64,000 bases of DNA, from NCBI GenBank assembly GCA_050084515.1, contig CM114271.1, positions 28,024,001 to 28,088,000 on the forward strand, in the 5' to 3' direction. Numbering within the stretch: the first letter of the stretch is position 1; each line of letters starts with the position of its first letter. This document shows, in pieces, positions 26,792 through 39,379 of the stretch. The notes under the pieces were generated by a model. That model made no database searches, was not told where the DNA came from, and worked only from the letters and a program-made list of their open reading frames with translations. The position numbers and the translations under genes are program-made. This DNA comes from Blasia pusilla. Taxonomy: Eukaryota.

Positions 26792-28481
26792 ACACTATTA
26801 CCATCCCATTGTAGTTGTGGTTCATAAGGCCATGAACCATATCTTTGTGGCGGGGGCGTCGGGGAAAACCACCCACCTAATGTGGGATTCCATTGCATCC
26901 CACTAGATGTCCATGCCTCACTAGGATATGGTGGTGGCGGACCACCTCGTCTAATTCCCAAGGAATTGTCTTTGTTTGAATCCCTTTGTGCATTCCTACA
27001 TCGAGGTTGAAAAGGAGAACTTTCTCTACCATGGCCTCCTCTGTGCGTTTAGGGGGGTTATGCAAGAGACACAAGACAATGAAGTCATCAAGAAAATGAC
27101 ACGAATTAAACTATCGCCCAATCTGCCTTAACAATATTACCAAAATTGCGTAGACATTTCCATTGGAGAAAATAAAAGTGCAAAACCTACCCATGACTTT
27201 TGTAAGTGATCGTGATCAGAAGAATCTTCCTCTTGCCTATCATAATCATCCTCCTTGTCAAAAGACATCATGACAATCAGATTTTGTGCACGAGTCAACA
27301 TGCACTCTTTTGGGCTTACAACACTCTTGGAATCTCCCAATTTGCTTATCTCCTTTAAGCGAAGACTTCGCCTTGATGGTTTTTTTTCCCCTCTACAAGT
27401 ACAAAATGATGTCTCTTTCTCCTACTAGATGCTATGACATTTGACACACTTCAAAAAAAACCAACAATGTAAATATTTTGAGATTTCACATAATAAGAAA
27501 ATGGCACTAATATTCATCAGCTCTTGTACTAATTAACACTCTTATTCACACTTACTGTAGCAAACGATCAGTGCTACTGAAGATGGCTGCTTTGCGAGCC
27601 TTGATTGCCAAAATTCGTTGCTTTCGCATCCCTTCGTAAGGATTTGGTAACACTTTCTCCTCCTGGTCTTGTTCAGATTCACTCATGAAATCTAAGTTAT
27701 TTGGGACACCTAAGTCTGTTCCATCCATCACACAAAGCTTCACCTCTCTATGTAGGCTTAATGGCTTCTCTTGAGAACCTTGCTCAAGTAAAGTTTGGGA
27801 AGATGGGCTGAAACCTTGAAGCACATAATCACTTGGACCCACCCTATTAAGATCCCCCTCATCACTTGGATTCACCCTCTTAAGATCAACCTCATTTTTC
27901 TGCCATGTTATATCTTAGCAGCAAGTTTCCCCTGCAACCACTATCCTATCTATGTCCAATGGACAACATGGAAGAATGTCATTATGTCCCACTTTCTTCC
28001 CTGCTATATCTACATTGACATTATTTGAGCTAGAATCTAGAAGTTTCTCTTCAAATTGTTGCTTTGGCTCTTCTTCCACATGTGCACTCATAGGAAACAT
28101 ACTCCAATCATCATCAACCACATCATCATATATACCAATCCTATCCACATGTATCTCGCTAAAAGTGGATCTTTTTCTTCTCTTTAAGGACCACAACTGC
28201 CACTCTACACCATCTAATAACTCACCACTCGTCCCACATCTTCCTTCATTGGAGAGAAGTGCTTCTATATCAACTCGCCTCCCTTTTGGATTCCATGAGC
28301 ACATATCCACAATTTGCTCTGGAAAAAAATAGAGCAGCCCCAATCGTCAAGGTTGTCAAGAAAAAACCTAAATCAACCTTTAGAACTATGTACTCTTCAG
28401 TCCAATCTTTCATTTTCAAAATCATCACTTGATGAGGTATCTTCTATACAAACCTACATCGGAATTACATTTGCAAAATCC

Positions 28482-31400
28482 CTAGATGCTACTTCTTGTT
28501 TTTCGTTTGTCAATTCTATAGCTCCTAATGCATGTGTTTACTGTAGGAATCCTCTCTGACAAGCTGATCAGAGCACGCAAGCCAATATAATCTCCATCAT
28601 CCCCGTGATCCAGTTCACTATCCTTTGCAAACACTCGACGTGCGTGAGCTTCCTTGTGCAATACAACTTTCCACCCACTTCCCTCACTTGCATCGCCAAA
28701 AAAAACTTGCTCCACTTGAGATGGAAAAACAAAAGGCTGGTCTAAACTGGATAGGCAGGACTTTAGATTGGCTAGCAAGAAGCCCTAAGCATCTCTTCTC
28801 ATTGATTTTCTATGGGACTCCCAATCTGCCCTAACCTATCTGCCTCTCATCAACACTATTGGTTGATCGACCAACCCATAATCAAAAGCAAGAATGTATG
28901 TCAAGGTTCCAACATAAGAGTATGAAAAATTGGATGGACTCGTATTCTCATCCACAAAGTGAGCTCCTATGCCACAATCAAAAGTGGTAAATGAATCCCA
29001 TCCCGTCCCGTCCCGTCACCTCGCTCTACTCGGTAATGGTTTCCATTTGCTTTCATACTTTTGTATGAAATCACCTTCGCTTGAGGTGGAATGGACAAGG
29101 CAAATGCTAATGGATCAAGTTCTAATGGCTTCCCGTTAGCCCGAGTGATCATAGCTCAATGAATCCAATCTTCAAAGGGTAAGTTGGGTTTTTCCAAGTT
29201 GTACTTCATGCAGAAAAAAAACCCAATTTAAGTAAAGATATGAAGTAAGGATTTTTCATGGTGTTTACTCTTGATTGAGACAAACAACAACCAAAAAATT
29301 ACACACAACAACAATTTTGCAATCACTCACCTATGCCATACTTCCATTGATTTTGTATTATGTAGAATGTAGTGATGTATGAGGAGTAGCAACTCGCGTG
29401 AGAGAAGTATGGGTACTCTAGCCCCTTCCAACTCCTCTCCTATTACTCCATCTTCCTCACCTTCATCCCATATTCGCGCCCTAATAGCTTCAAACCTCTT
29501 CTTATACTCAGTGATAAATACCATGGCTTCATTTTTAACATATCCTTCTGACATGCAACCCTCTGATCTCGTTTTAAACCTGAAGTACTTTTTAATTTTG
29601 CCCATGTATCTCTCTATTGGGTATATCCAGCGACAAGCCACTGGCCCACAAATATCAAGTTCCTTTATTAAATGGACAAGTAAATGGGTCATTACGTCAA
29701 AGAAGGCAGGAGGAAAGTGCATCTCTAATAGACATAAAGTGATAATGGTATCCTCACGTAGTCTTTCAAGTTGGGAAGGACCATAGACTTTGACACATAT
29801 ACTTCTAAAGTTCTTGCTTAACCTCATTCTAGTCATCTGAACTTCCTTTTTCATGAGGCCACGCAGAGAGTAAGGTAGGATTTGATGAATCAACACATGG
29901 TAGTCCTGTGACTTCATATTTCCCATCTTCTTGTTAACCACATGCTTCCTCAACTCACCACAATATCCCGTGGGCACTTTCAATTCCTAAATTCTACCAA
30001 GAACTATCATCAACTCATAAGGAGATAGTAAATAGTCTGCAATAGGTTTCACAAGACCTTCTACTCTTCGCGGATGCGGCTGCAACCACAAATGAGGTCG
30101 AACGCTTCTTGCCTCCATATCTCTTATAACCTTGACTGTATCTTTAATTCCAAATATTGTCTTTACTAAGTTTTCAGCAATGTTCTTCTCCACATGCATG
30201 ACATCCAATGTATGGCGAATGAGAAGATGCTGATTTTTTATCAAGAAATCTCGTCAAAGACAAATTTGGAACCAAAAAAAATCTTGATAATAAGACTTTT
30301 GGTAAAGGGAAACTTAAGTTGCTAGGATACTTGCCAATAAGGGAAATTTAAGAGCAAACTCCTCCTTTTGACTCCTATTTTTTTGTGTGGATCTCAAGGA
30401 CCATCTTCTCGTCCCCCGCTCTCGTCATATTCCAGTTTCTCCGCAGCCCAGGCCAAAATCTCCTCACTTGTAACTCTTTCTAGTGGTGTCCTTATTTCCC
30501 CTCTACCCTTAAAATGGATTCCATATTTCCTACCTCTGTAAGGATGAGTACAAGGCAAGTATCGTCGATGACCTCCAAAGATGGGTTATCCACATTCCTT
30601 TGAGAAATCTGATTCTACCCGAGGCGCGCATGTGGTATACGTAAGCTTCCCACCATGGCTTTGCCATGAGATTTTAACTAATGCAGGATATTCATTGATA
30701 TTCCAAAGAATCATCGGCTTAAAAGTAAACTCCCCGTGCCCACAAGGTCTTCAAACATCTTGGAGCACTACTCCCTTCCACAACTCCTCAAATTCCTCCA
30801 CTAATGGGGCAAGATAAGTTTTGATGTCACCAACATTTATACTCTCCTTACCAAGTATAAGGAGTGCAAGCATAACAATGATTTTTTTGCTTGCAACCAA
30901 GGAGGCAAGTTATAATTTACCAATAATACTGGCCATGTTGACCGGGAACTGGATTTATCTGAGAATGGATTCACCCCATCAAGAGCTAGCGTATAGCCCA
31001 AATCTACAATTTCTCATTTCTTGACTAAACTCTGGGTAAGTTTGATCTACATGATCCCCTGCTTTGCTATCACTTGCATATCTAACCATCCCATCTTTAC
31101 TGTTGTTACTTGCTTTCCAGACAAACAATTCAGACAATGTCAAACATCTGAACATTCGTCGCATCCTTGGGATGATGGAAAAATGGCGAAGAACTTTGCA
31201 GGGTACTAATGACTTTCCAACTTGCTTAAACCAACATTTTTTGCACTTTGGGCAGATTGTTGAATCTTTGAGATCCCCACCAAACAACACACATCCCATG
31301 GGACATGCATGATATGAATCATAACTCAATCCCAGCTTTCCTATAAGCTTCTTGGCTGCGTAGTAACTAGGAGGAACATGGTTGTCTAGTAGAAGAACGA

Positions 31401-32080
31401 GTTTACCAAGCAGCTTCAAGATCTCATCAAGAGCGATGTTTGGCAAGTTATGGGTAGCAGTAACATTTAAAAGCAACATCACAAAAGCTAAGATGGATAT
31501 CTTTGCCCTTGGAAAAAGTGGCTTGCATGCTTGTGCAAGCTCCGGAAATTGATCATCATCAATTCCAATGTCTACATTATTTCTTGTATCCATCGGATCA
31601 TTCCCACTATCTTCAACCCCTAGCTCATGATCCTCATCATCATGGAGGTGATTGTATTGCATAAACACATCACTCAACATTTGTTGAACATCAATATCAC
31701 CATCCAAGTGTTGCCTCTTGGATGTGTCATTTGGTAAATTAGGGTCAAGATCACAATGGGCTTCATGTATGATTTTTTCAGTTTGGTCCTTGAAGGACTC
31801 TTGATCTTGAATTGACCACTCCTCGTCAGAGGAATCCCACTTGTGTCTACTCTTTGGGATGCAAAAAAGATGAAAGCATTCAAACTGTTTTAGATGCTCT
31901 TCTATTCTATGAAGAGATAGATAAGTCCCCCTTTGCACTGATTACAAGGGCATCTCACTCTCTTAATCCCAAATTTGCGGGCCAGAACCTACTCTCTTTG
32001 CCATAATTTGAAATCGTGTGCTAAGACTCGATGTGGATGACCAAAAGGCAATCGATCTTGGGAGGTCATTGGTGGTTTCA
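28482..32080 (-). pseudogene. CACTA TnpD-like transposase (Transposase_21, DUF4218 and DUF4216-like regions), with introns and disablements
   Basis: YHACPMGCVLF, VLRHFSIIPRMRRMF, LDVMHVEKNI, MKSQDYHVL, FPPAFFDVMTHLLVHL, WIYPIERYM, DQPFVFPSQVEQVFF. Confidence 0.95.
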
Positions 32081-33139
32081 TGATAATATCTATTTTGGAT
32101 ATCCAATACAAATAATAACAAGACAATAGACTCCAATCAAACATAATATGTATCGAGGTTTCCCATCCATACAACTTTCCTAAAATTCATGTATGCATAA
32201 ACATACTATTGCAGATGTGAGAAAATCACAATTGAAGAGAGGGACAATGCGAAGGGTTTGTCAAGTACTTGTAATATAGTGATTTCACCAATATCCTTTT
32301 GACCAACTATTTTAACTCCTCCGTACATGTCACCCATTAAGTAGACTCCATTAGCTAGATGGTTCACACCATACACTAGTAATGTATGAAACCAAATACA
32401 TTTAACCACTATATAATTTTTTCCAAGCCAAGGTATAGTAATAGTGGGCCCATAAGGTTGTGGGCTGAGTAGGATATGGATTATGTGAGGGTAGATATTA
32501 AGCATCCTTGTAAAAAATGATCTTATATGATTTCTTATAAGGACACAATAGGTCATCATCGTAACCACTTGGGAGCGGCAGGGGATGGACAATATGAATT
32601 TAGCTATTGCCATTTGTTTGGGGGCAAAGTTAAGAGATTCAAGATCCTAGAATTCTAAGGATTTCATTTGGAATGGAGGCATTGTGGAGTCAATAACCTA
32701 GTAAGGTGCCCTACCAAGAATATTGTATTCATTCATCATCTGTTGCCATCTCCAATTATGAAACTATACCTTACAAGCTAGGTAGCCCATCACCACCTGC
32801 AGACAAACAGATCCTAATCAAGAGAAAATTCACAAAAAAATTTAGCAACCACCATAATGATTATTTTGTGCTCCAAAAAATTGTGAATGGACAAATTTCA
32901 AAATTGACTTGATATAAAGATTGAGTTTTGCAATTGTGGCGGTTGATTCAACGGATATGAGTATCATTTTCAAAATCAGAGGATAGGAAACGGTGAGTCT
33001 CTGTATGAAGTCATACCACCTACCTAGTATTCAAAGAAGCTCAACCCTCTTTGTATCTAAAGTTGTTACCTGAAAAACTCCACCAAAACGCCACGAGATT
33101 TTGTTCGGACACGGTGAATCTCATCTCACCACCTGAAAA

Positions 33140-33799
33140 TCAAATCCATGAAATATGGTCTCTCAAAGGAGTCTGAAGCGTGGGATCAACTTTGTGGTTG
33201 TGGCAATAAAACCACCACCTATCCTCGCCACATGCACCATGGTCATAAATAATCCTATCACATGCATAACCCTTGCTCATTGCTTTGTTCAAGCAAGTCC
33301 AGTACGTGCCATGCAATAGGACACCTAGGACAATACACCATATCCTCCCATAAATCCTCATCATGCTTATGGCATCCTCGGCAATAAAGCATGGGGCATG
33401 CCTCCATTTTCGGAGGCAAACAAGTAAAACAAAAAATCTTACACGATACGTATCTGGGCACTGTCTCACACGAAGCCCCGATTCCTCACTTTCTGCAAAA
33501 GTTCCTTGTATACCACAATTGGCACACTTGGCCGTCTTCTTCACATAATCCGGGCAAAACCACCTCCCTTCATGGTTAGGTGAAAGATCTACCCCAGGAC
33601 AAGCATTTTCAATAGCCCGGACAGATTTTGCAGTTGCGTGGAAATATCTAGCACAAGGCCCGTCGCAAACAATCAACTCCTCCCCATCCTCACAGATTGC
33701 ACAAATGTGGGCTGCCTTCTAGTGAATTCGGAGTGCAATGTATGGCGCTAAAAAGATCACCTTGGGGGCTTTCTTGGCCTGGAGCTTCGAGCGCGCCAT
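33140..33799 (-). pseudogene. EDM2-like multi-PHD-finger protein with H3-tail-like N-terminus; one premature stop and two compensating frameshifts
   Basis: ATG at 33799 gives MARSKLQAKKAPKVIFLAPYIALRIH*KAAHICAICEDGEELIVCDGPCARYFHAT...WFCPD...CANC...C/SCKIFCFTC...CPMLYCRGC...CPRCPIAWH/WTC...FYCHNHKVDPTLQTPLRDHISWI; Cys/His spacing and the terminal YCxxHxxDxxLxTPxRDH match the EDM2 PHD region as recalled. Confidence 0.85.
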
Positions 33800-35613
33800 C
33801 CTTGGACTTTCGTCAAAGTTGTATGTATACAAACTAGAACAAAAGTCAATTGTAGTAGTGTAAGACAAAGCTCATAGAAGAAAGAGGTGAGGGAAAGATT
33901 ACATCACTAGTAATGAATTGTGTGTGAATAATAGTATATTTCAAAGAGGAAAAATCACAATGTCTAGTGTATATATTTGCTTACTAATGATACGGCAAAG
34001 CACCCCTAAGTGTCGGACTCGTATGAATGACCAAGTCCTAATACGTAGTCTATGACAATATCACCAAGAAAAAATCATGACAAACACCCAAAATTAGTTA
34101 TTGTGCACACACAATTTACATCATCGTCCTATTTATTGATTTTATCTTCATGTCACATGTATATGGGGGCAGACTACTTAAATTCTTATTTGTGGTATAA
34201 CCTTGAAATGTCTCATGTTTTTCGGATTTTTTGCCATTTCAATTCTATAGTTTACATCAGGCTTGTCTATTTAAGGGTGTGGAACCCCTCCACAAAGTGC
34301 CTTATGCTCACAATTGCGAGATCCTTATATTAGGTGCATTTCAAGTGTTTGAGAGGTGTGCAATGTAGTGCCTTAAAAATATGAACACCGTAATCATAAC
34401 AACACCTTAATTTGAGTATCCATTCATCATGCATTTCAATGTCATTCCCATACTTGTCCATATTATATTAACATCACATATGTTTCGAGTTCATAATCAT
34501 AGTGTCCAATTTATGAGTCTGTATGGACTAGTATTGTTTTGAGTTAGTCTACAAAAATACTCTAGGAAAAATTTAGGAGGAAGAAAGTCCATAAAATCAC
34601 CATCTCTTGAAGGTGAAACCACTAGGCCTCGCACTAGGCTCATCAGGAAATGCAAGGGCCCTATCCTGTGGTGGCATGCACAATCATCACTACAGCATGG
34701 GCAGAATGTGTGATCACGCAGAATGTTGCCATCACACAATGTGTGCCCGGTTAGGCATGGTGTGCCAGGCCTCGTGTCAATGATAGTACTATAGAAGGAA
34801 CTCAATTGAGGAAAACAGTTATCCATGGAGAAAAACATATTACCCTCAATGCATATCCTACAAATGGCTCCGATCATGGACAACTCTCTTGAGTTGCACA
34901 GACGAGGCTTCGAATGGAAGCGCCCGTCATTAGAAGAGTGAATCCCAAAGCCTACATCGTGGCAAATGTGAAGTACCACATTGTTGACGAGACCCAGCTG
35001 AATGTAACATCTGATAGACTCAGCCTCCCATCATACTCAACCCACATCAACCATCTCAAAGAAAAGTAACACGTACGAGGCTTGCTAACTTCAGAGACAC
35101 AAAATACTCCTACGTCATGATCGTGCACAATAGCCCTGCTGTAGACGATGTCCTCCATGATGTTTGAAGGGAGTGCTGCAATGTGGTGTATGATAGTTAC
35201 GTGACCTTGCTAAATAAGAAGAGAAGATTACGAAACGATAAAGTACTACATTGCTTTCAAATGTAGACGTACCAAGAAAAATCCTATGTGCATTGTCCCT
35301 CTGTCTCGTCTCTGTCCACTCCTCTTCCCTGACGTCTCATACAACACCTCCACTTGTTAAATCTTGCACAAACGTATGATGGCTCTAAAAAAATGAGAGT
35401 GTCTCTCTTCTCAAGCCGCGTCCAAGTAGGACAGCATGTAAAAGGAAAAAAAGGAAGAAGATGGAAGTGAAGACTCAAGGACATACCCAATCAAAACACT
35501 CAAGAGCCGTAGGCGGCCTTGGTGCAGAAGGTTGAAGGAGATGAGGTGAGAAGGAAGACACGAGTAAGAGATAACAAACAAGATCCCAATTCTAAACAAG
35601 TGACATGCCTGTC

Positions 35614-35787
<174 letters not shown>

Positions 35788-35998
35788 GGAGAATTCTTGC
35801 ATGTCATGTTAAAGTCAAGCGCACTCGGTTCCAAAACCTACTCATCATGCGAAGAGAAGGACTATCCCGATGCTGGACATGACCAATATTAGGCTTGAAA
35901 TTTGAGGCGACAAAAGATCGAGGTTATAAGATTCAAGAGATGATTGACCAGCCAATCATCCACGATGCAAAAGGTCCCCATGAAGGCCTTGCGAGTTT

Positions 35999-36210
35999 TT
36001 AACTCCAATAGTAAAGACCATCGGAAGTGGGGTATGTAGAGCAAATCTCCGCCATGGACAGATCCACCAACATGTTGAAGAATCCTATTATTAGCCATCC
36101 ATATACCATCGATATAGGTCCACCAAATTGTAATCCAGTGTGGTAAAGAATGGTGATGCGTGTCAGTATCGAGATAATTAGACATCGAGAAGACAAAGTT
36201 GGAAATCAAT
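35999..36210 (-). pseudogene. Captured fragment of BAT1/GABA-permease-like amino acid permease
   Basis: SNFVFS/IISILTRITILYHTGLQFGGPISMVYGWLIIGFFNMLVDLSMAEICSTYPTSDGLYYWS matches the conserved BAT1 N-terminal transmembrane region (SMAEICSSYPTSGGLYYWS). Confidence 0.88.
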
Positions 36211-37186
36211 CTGCACATATGCAAAGAATGCGAGGAGGTCCTGGCAAACGTAGTGAGTACTAGTGGAGTGTGGCAAAGCACAGAAATCGACGATGCAGGC
36301 AATACCTTCATATTAGAGATGATAGTGCATAACCTACTCCATTTGATCAAGGTGCCATACCTATCCTGGTGGCTCGAATTGAAGATTTACGCAAGAATAT
36401 GGTCAGAATTGGGACGGGACGGTTCATGACCACCCTTGAGGAAGGCTTGGTGACCATTTTAGTTTGTTTCACTTACATACTGGATGATCAGGACATAGTC
36501 GCCTTGGCAAGGCAGTACCATCTGGGAATATATTTCAAAACTCTACTGCAAAAATCCAACCTCGATGAAGTGCAGCACCAGTCAGCCATTTCTCTAGAAA
36601 ATCTATCCACCTTTTCACCTCTGTGTCGGCCAACACTACCCGTAGCCTCACAAAAGAAGCTATTTTGTAGTTTATTTAGTTGCATTAATCCTCCTCCCAG
36701 CCCCAATGGGATCTGCCTAGTCCACTCAATGGGATGCTCTGCCATAGAAACGTTATGCTTTCTGGAGGCTGAGGCCATTGTCCCCTTAGTGTTGCGCCTG
36801 GACCACCAGAATGTGATGGTTGTTGAAGCGGCTTTAGGTGCTTTGTCGACTATTCTCCATGACAACATCAATCTAGTGAAGGGAGTAACAGTTCTTCATA
36901 CAGCTGATGCCATCCGACCCATTCTTGAAATCTTACAGGAGCATCGCACAGAAATGTTGCAACATAAGGCAATCTAGAGGGTAGAAAGGATCTGCTCAAT
37001 GCGGATCTCACCCATCTAATAATTGAAAATCCTCACGTTCACATCGCAATGGTGGACGCATTGCGACATGGCAACACCGTTTGTTGGTCTTCGGCAGAGA
37101 AGAGTCTGAAGCACCTCAACAAGATCCCCAATTTCTCTGGCGTGTTCCAAAAGGTGGACACACCTGCGAAACGGCCACCTGGTTAA
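36210..37186 (+). pseudogene. Captured C-terminal part of a SAUL1/PUB43/PUB44-like U-box ARM-repeat gene
   Basis: VHNLLHLI, EGLVTIL, SAISLENLS, GICLVH, LDHQNVMVVEAALGALST, AEKSLKHLNKIPNFSGVF; premature stop at 36975-36977 and frameshifts. Confidence 0.88.
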
Positions 37187-37384
37187 TAGTAGCGGGAGTG
37201 GTTTGAAGTTGTCACTGGAATGCAGCTTAGCAAGCGATGATGAAATATAATCTTAAACTAACACACGATGAATCATATGCCGTTTGAGTCTAATGCTTTA
37301 GGGCAACGGCCGATGGATTCTGCTCAAATCCTCCGCTCGCAGTGAAGAGTTGGGCATAGCAGGCATTGTTGTACGAGACGCAGC

Positions 37385-37625
37385 AACAATACGGATCCTA
37401 GAATAGAAGCAAAGTTGCTTCACGTTTTGGTTGGTTTGGCATCTTCACCTCATGCCATTGGAAATTTGTTGTCCTATATCATGAGTGTTGGTGCCAAGGT
37501 CAGCTTGATCCACTTCCTGGAAACTCATGTGGATGGTTTGCGTGTTCCTGTGGCCCGACTCCTTCACCTCCTTTACTCTCAATTGGGCAACAAAGTGGAA
37601 AATGGACTCACGCTCACTACCCGTG
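37385..37625 (+). pseudogene. Displaced internal segment of the same SAUL1/PUB44-like gene
   Basis: NNTDPRIEAKLLHVLVGLASSP...SVGAKVSLIHFLE...LRVPVARLLHLL corresponds to the part that normally follows NLLHLI. Confidence 0.8.
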
Positions 37626-38639
37626 AGGCTGCAGGGGTTGAATGGTTTGATTGCACAGCAGTCTTTAGTTGCATGACTCTTGGCCAATTTGCCAGTGGAG
37701 GATTTTCGACTTACTAGAGCTTATCTCTCATCAACGAGACGTGGAAAAATGCTTCCAGAAAAATGAAGTGAAGAATCACAAGAAGGCGGAAAAGAGGAAT
37801 GATTGGAGGAAGCTCAGTTACAACAAAAAAAAGGTACTAGTAGATTCGCAGCTCGTCCAGAATGCGAAACCGTCCTCAAAATTTTAGAGAGAGAGAGAGA
37901 GAGAGAGAGATTGCATCCACACCTATTTGGAGCTCAACCTCTAGAGCGGCTTTCCAAATTCACACCAATTCTTTTCAAACTGCACCTTTATTTCAATAGC
38001 ACATATCCGCAATTTGTCTCTCCCGCGCGCTCTTGCCCAACGTCGACGCTCTTGCCTCTCTTCCACGTCTCTTTGATCGTTCACACTCTCTCTCTCCCGC
38101 TCCAATGCATCTCCCACGTCTTGCAATCCCTCTCGTGTTCGTGGATCAAAACCCTAACAAAAGAGTTAATAAAATATAATACAAGAAAAAGAGGGCTCTA
38201 GGACAAGATAAGGTCGTATGTCTTCAACCCAATTCCTCGATTGCGGCCGTGCAGAACCGAGATCGAATCTGATCAGGTGCACTAGAAATTTCTAAGGCTT
38301 GAGGTGCTAACTCCCTTTTTAGAACTGGCAACATCACGTCCATACACGTAAGAGCGTTAAAGGGGGTCATTTGTTTTGTTCTAATTTTAAAGTTATTACT
38401 TTTTATAGTTTTTGGTTAAGATTTTACAAATTTTTTATTGGTAAGATATTTGGGATCTATCTTATATAGCATCACTATTAAATTTTTATAATAATTTATA
38501 ATTATTGAGTTTTATTCTCAATGCCCAAAAAATTAATTAATGCTTATAATTTTCTCTTTTATATTTGTAAAATTCAAATCAATATTTATATACTAATCTT
38601 TTCCAAATTAATTGTGTTCCATAATTATGTGTAAAAATG

Positions 38640-38880
38640 ATTCCCGTGATTGAGTGAGTCATGGAATATGACTTGCAAATGATCAAGTCATTTGTGTTAC
38701 TATTTCAAAGATTGATTTATGACTATTTCGGTTTTCTATGTCATATTAAATGATTGGACCAATTAAGTCATACTTTCAATCATTGATTTATGACTATTTC
38801 GGTTTTCTATGTTATACTAAATGACTGGACCAATTGAGTCATAGTTTTAGTCATTCATAGTAGAGTCATAAAAACCATAG
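38640..38880. repeat. CACTA right subterminal repeats, including a ~60-bp direct duplication
   Basis: ATTGATTTATGACTATTTCGGTTTTCTATG occurs at ~38711 and ~38782; several GAGTCAT motifs. Confidence 0.8.
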
Positions 38881-39379
38881 TTTTCTTCTAGTGCATTGAG
38901 GGAACGCAATATCCTCTCCTCTCTTGCTTTGACAAATGAGAGCTTCTGCTGCTCACAGATCCAGCGAGAGTCCATATGATATCTATATCATATGGATAGA
39001 CTCACCGCATGGTCCTTGCCAATGCATGAACCCTCACTCTTCGAGAAACAAATAGAGATCAAGGATCGAAGTTCAATTCTCAAAATTTCAACCTAGAGTT
39101 TGCACGGCCGTGGGACGGGACGCAAGCTCCAAGAGTGCAGGAAAATATTTGCAGTGAAGTCATAAACGACTCTAAACTCAAGGAGGGTCAAGACAAAATG
39201 ATGTGGTTTTATTAGGGTTCAGGGTATTATTTGTTGACTTGGCAATAGTTTAAATACAACAATTAGTTTTACAACTACCTACAAGCTTTTTTTAATAATA
39301 GTAATTATAATCTAGTATTATTTTTACACGTCATATTATGAATTAAAATTTATTTTAAATTGGTTCACAAAAATGCCTC

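Larger units (their letters stand above)
21899..28343 (-). pseudogene. TnpA/TNP1-like multi-exon gene of the inner CACTA, decayed and interrupted by a LINE; upstream limit approximate
   Basis: Last exon 21899-22174 translates LRFGDAVHL...GHGVVSG...KFHGKDIG...LGDVVGTSIVWP (TNP1/En-Spm C-terminal pattern); VEWEQMVNYWMS near 26150-26200; several GT-AG-bounded small exons. Confidence 0.6.

Noticed and set aside
32206-33139. Search for an EDM2 C-terminal methyltransferase-like domain downstream of the PHD module
   Set aside because: No YTSFGRHFT, DFCCG or NPPFG-like motifs in the frames I read; the 135-aa ORF at 32206-32613 matches nothing recognisable.
33715-33724. CCTTCTAGTG, identical to the outer CACTA terminus
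   Set aside because: No subterminal repeats or matching TSD; it lies within the PHD reading frame and arises from the premature TAG codon.
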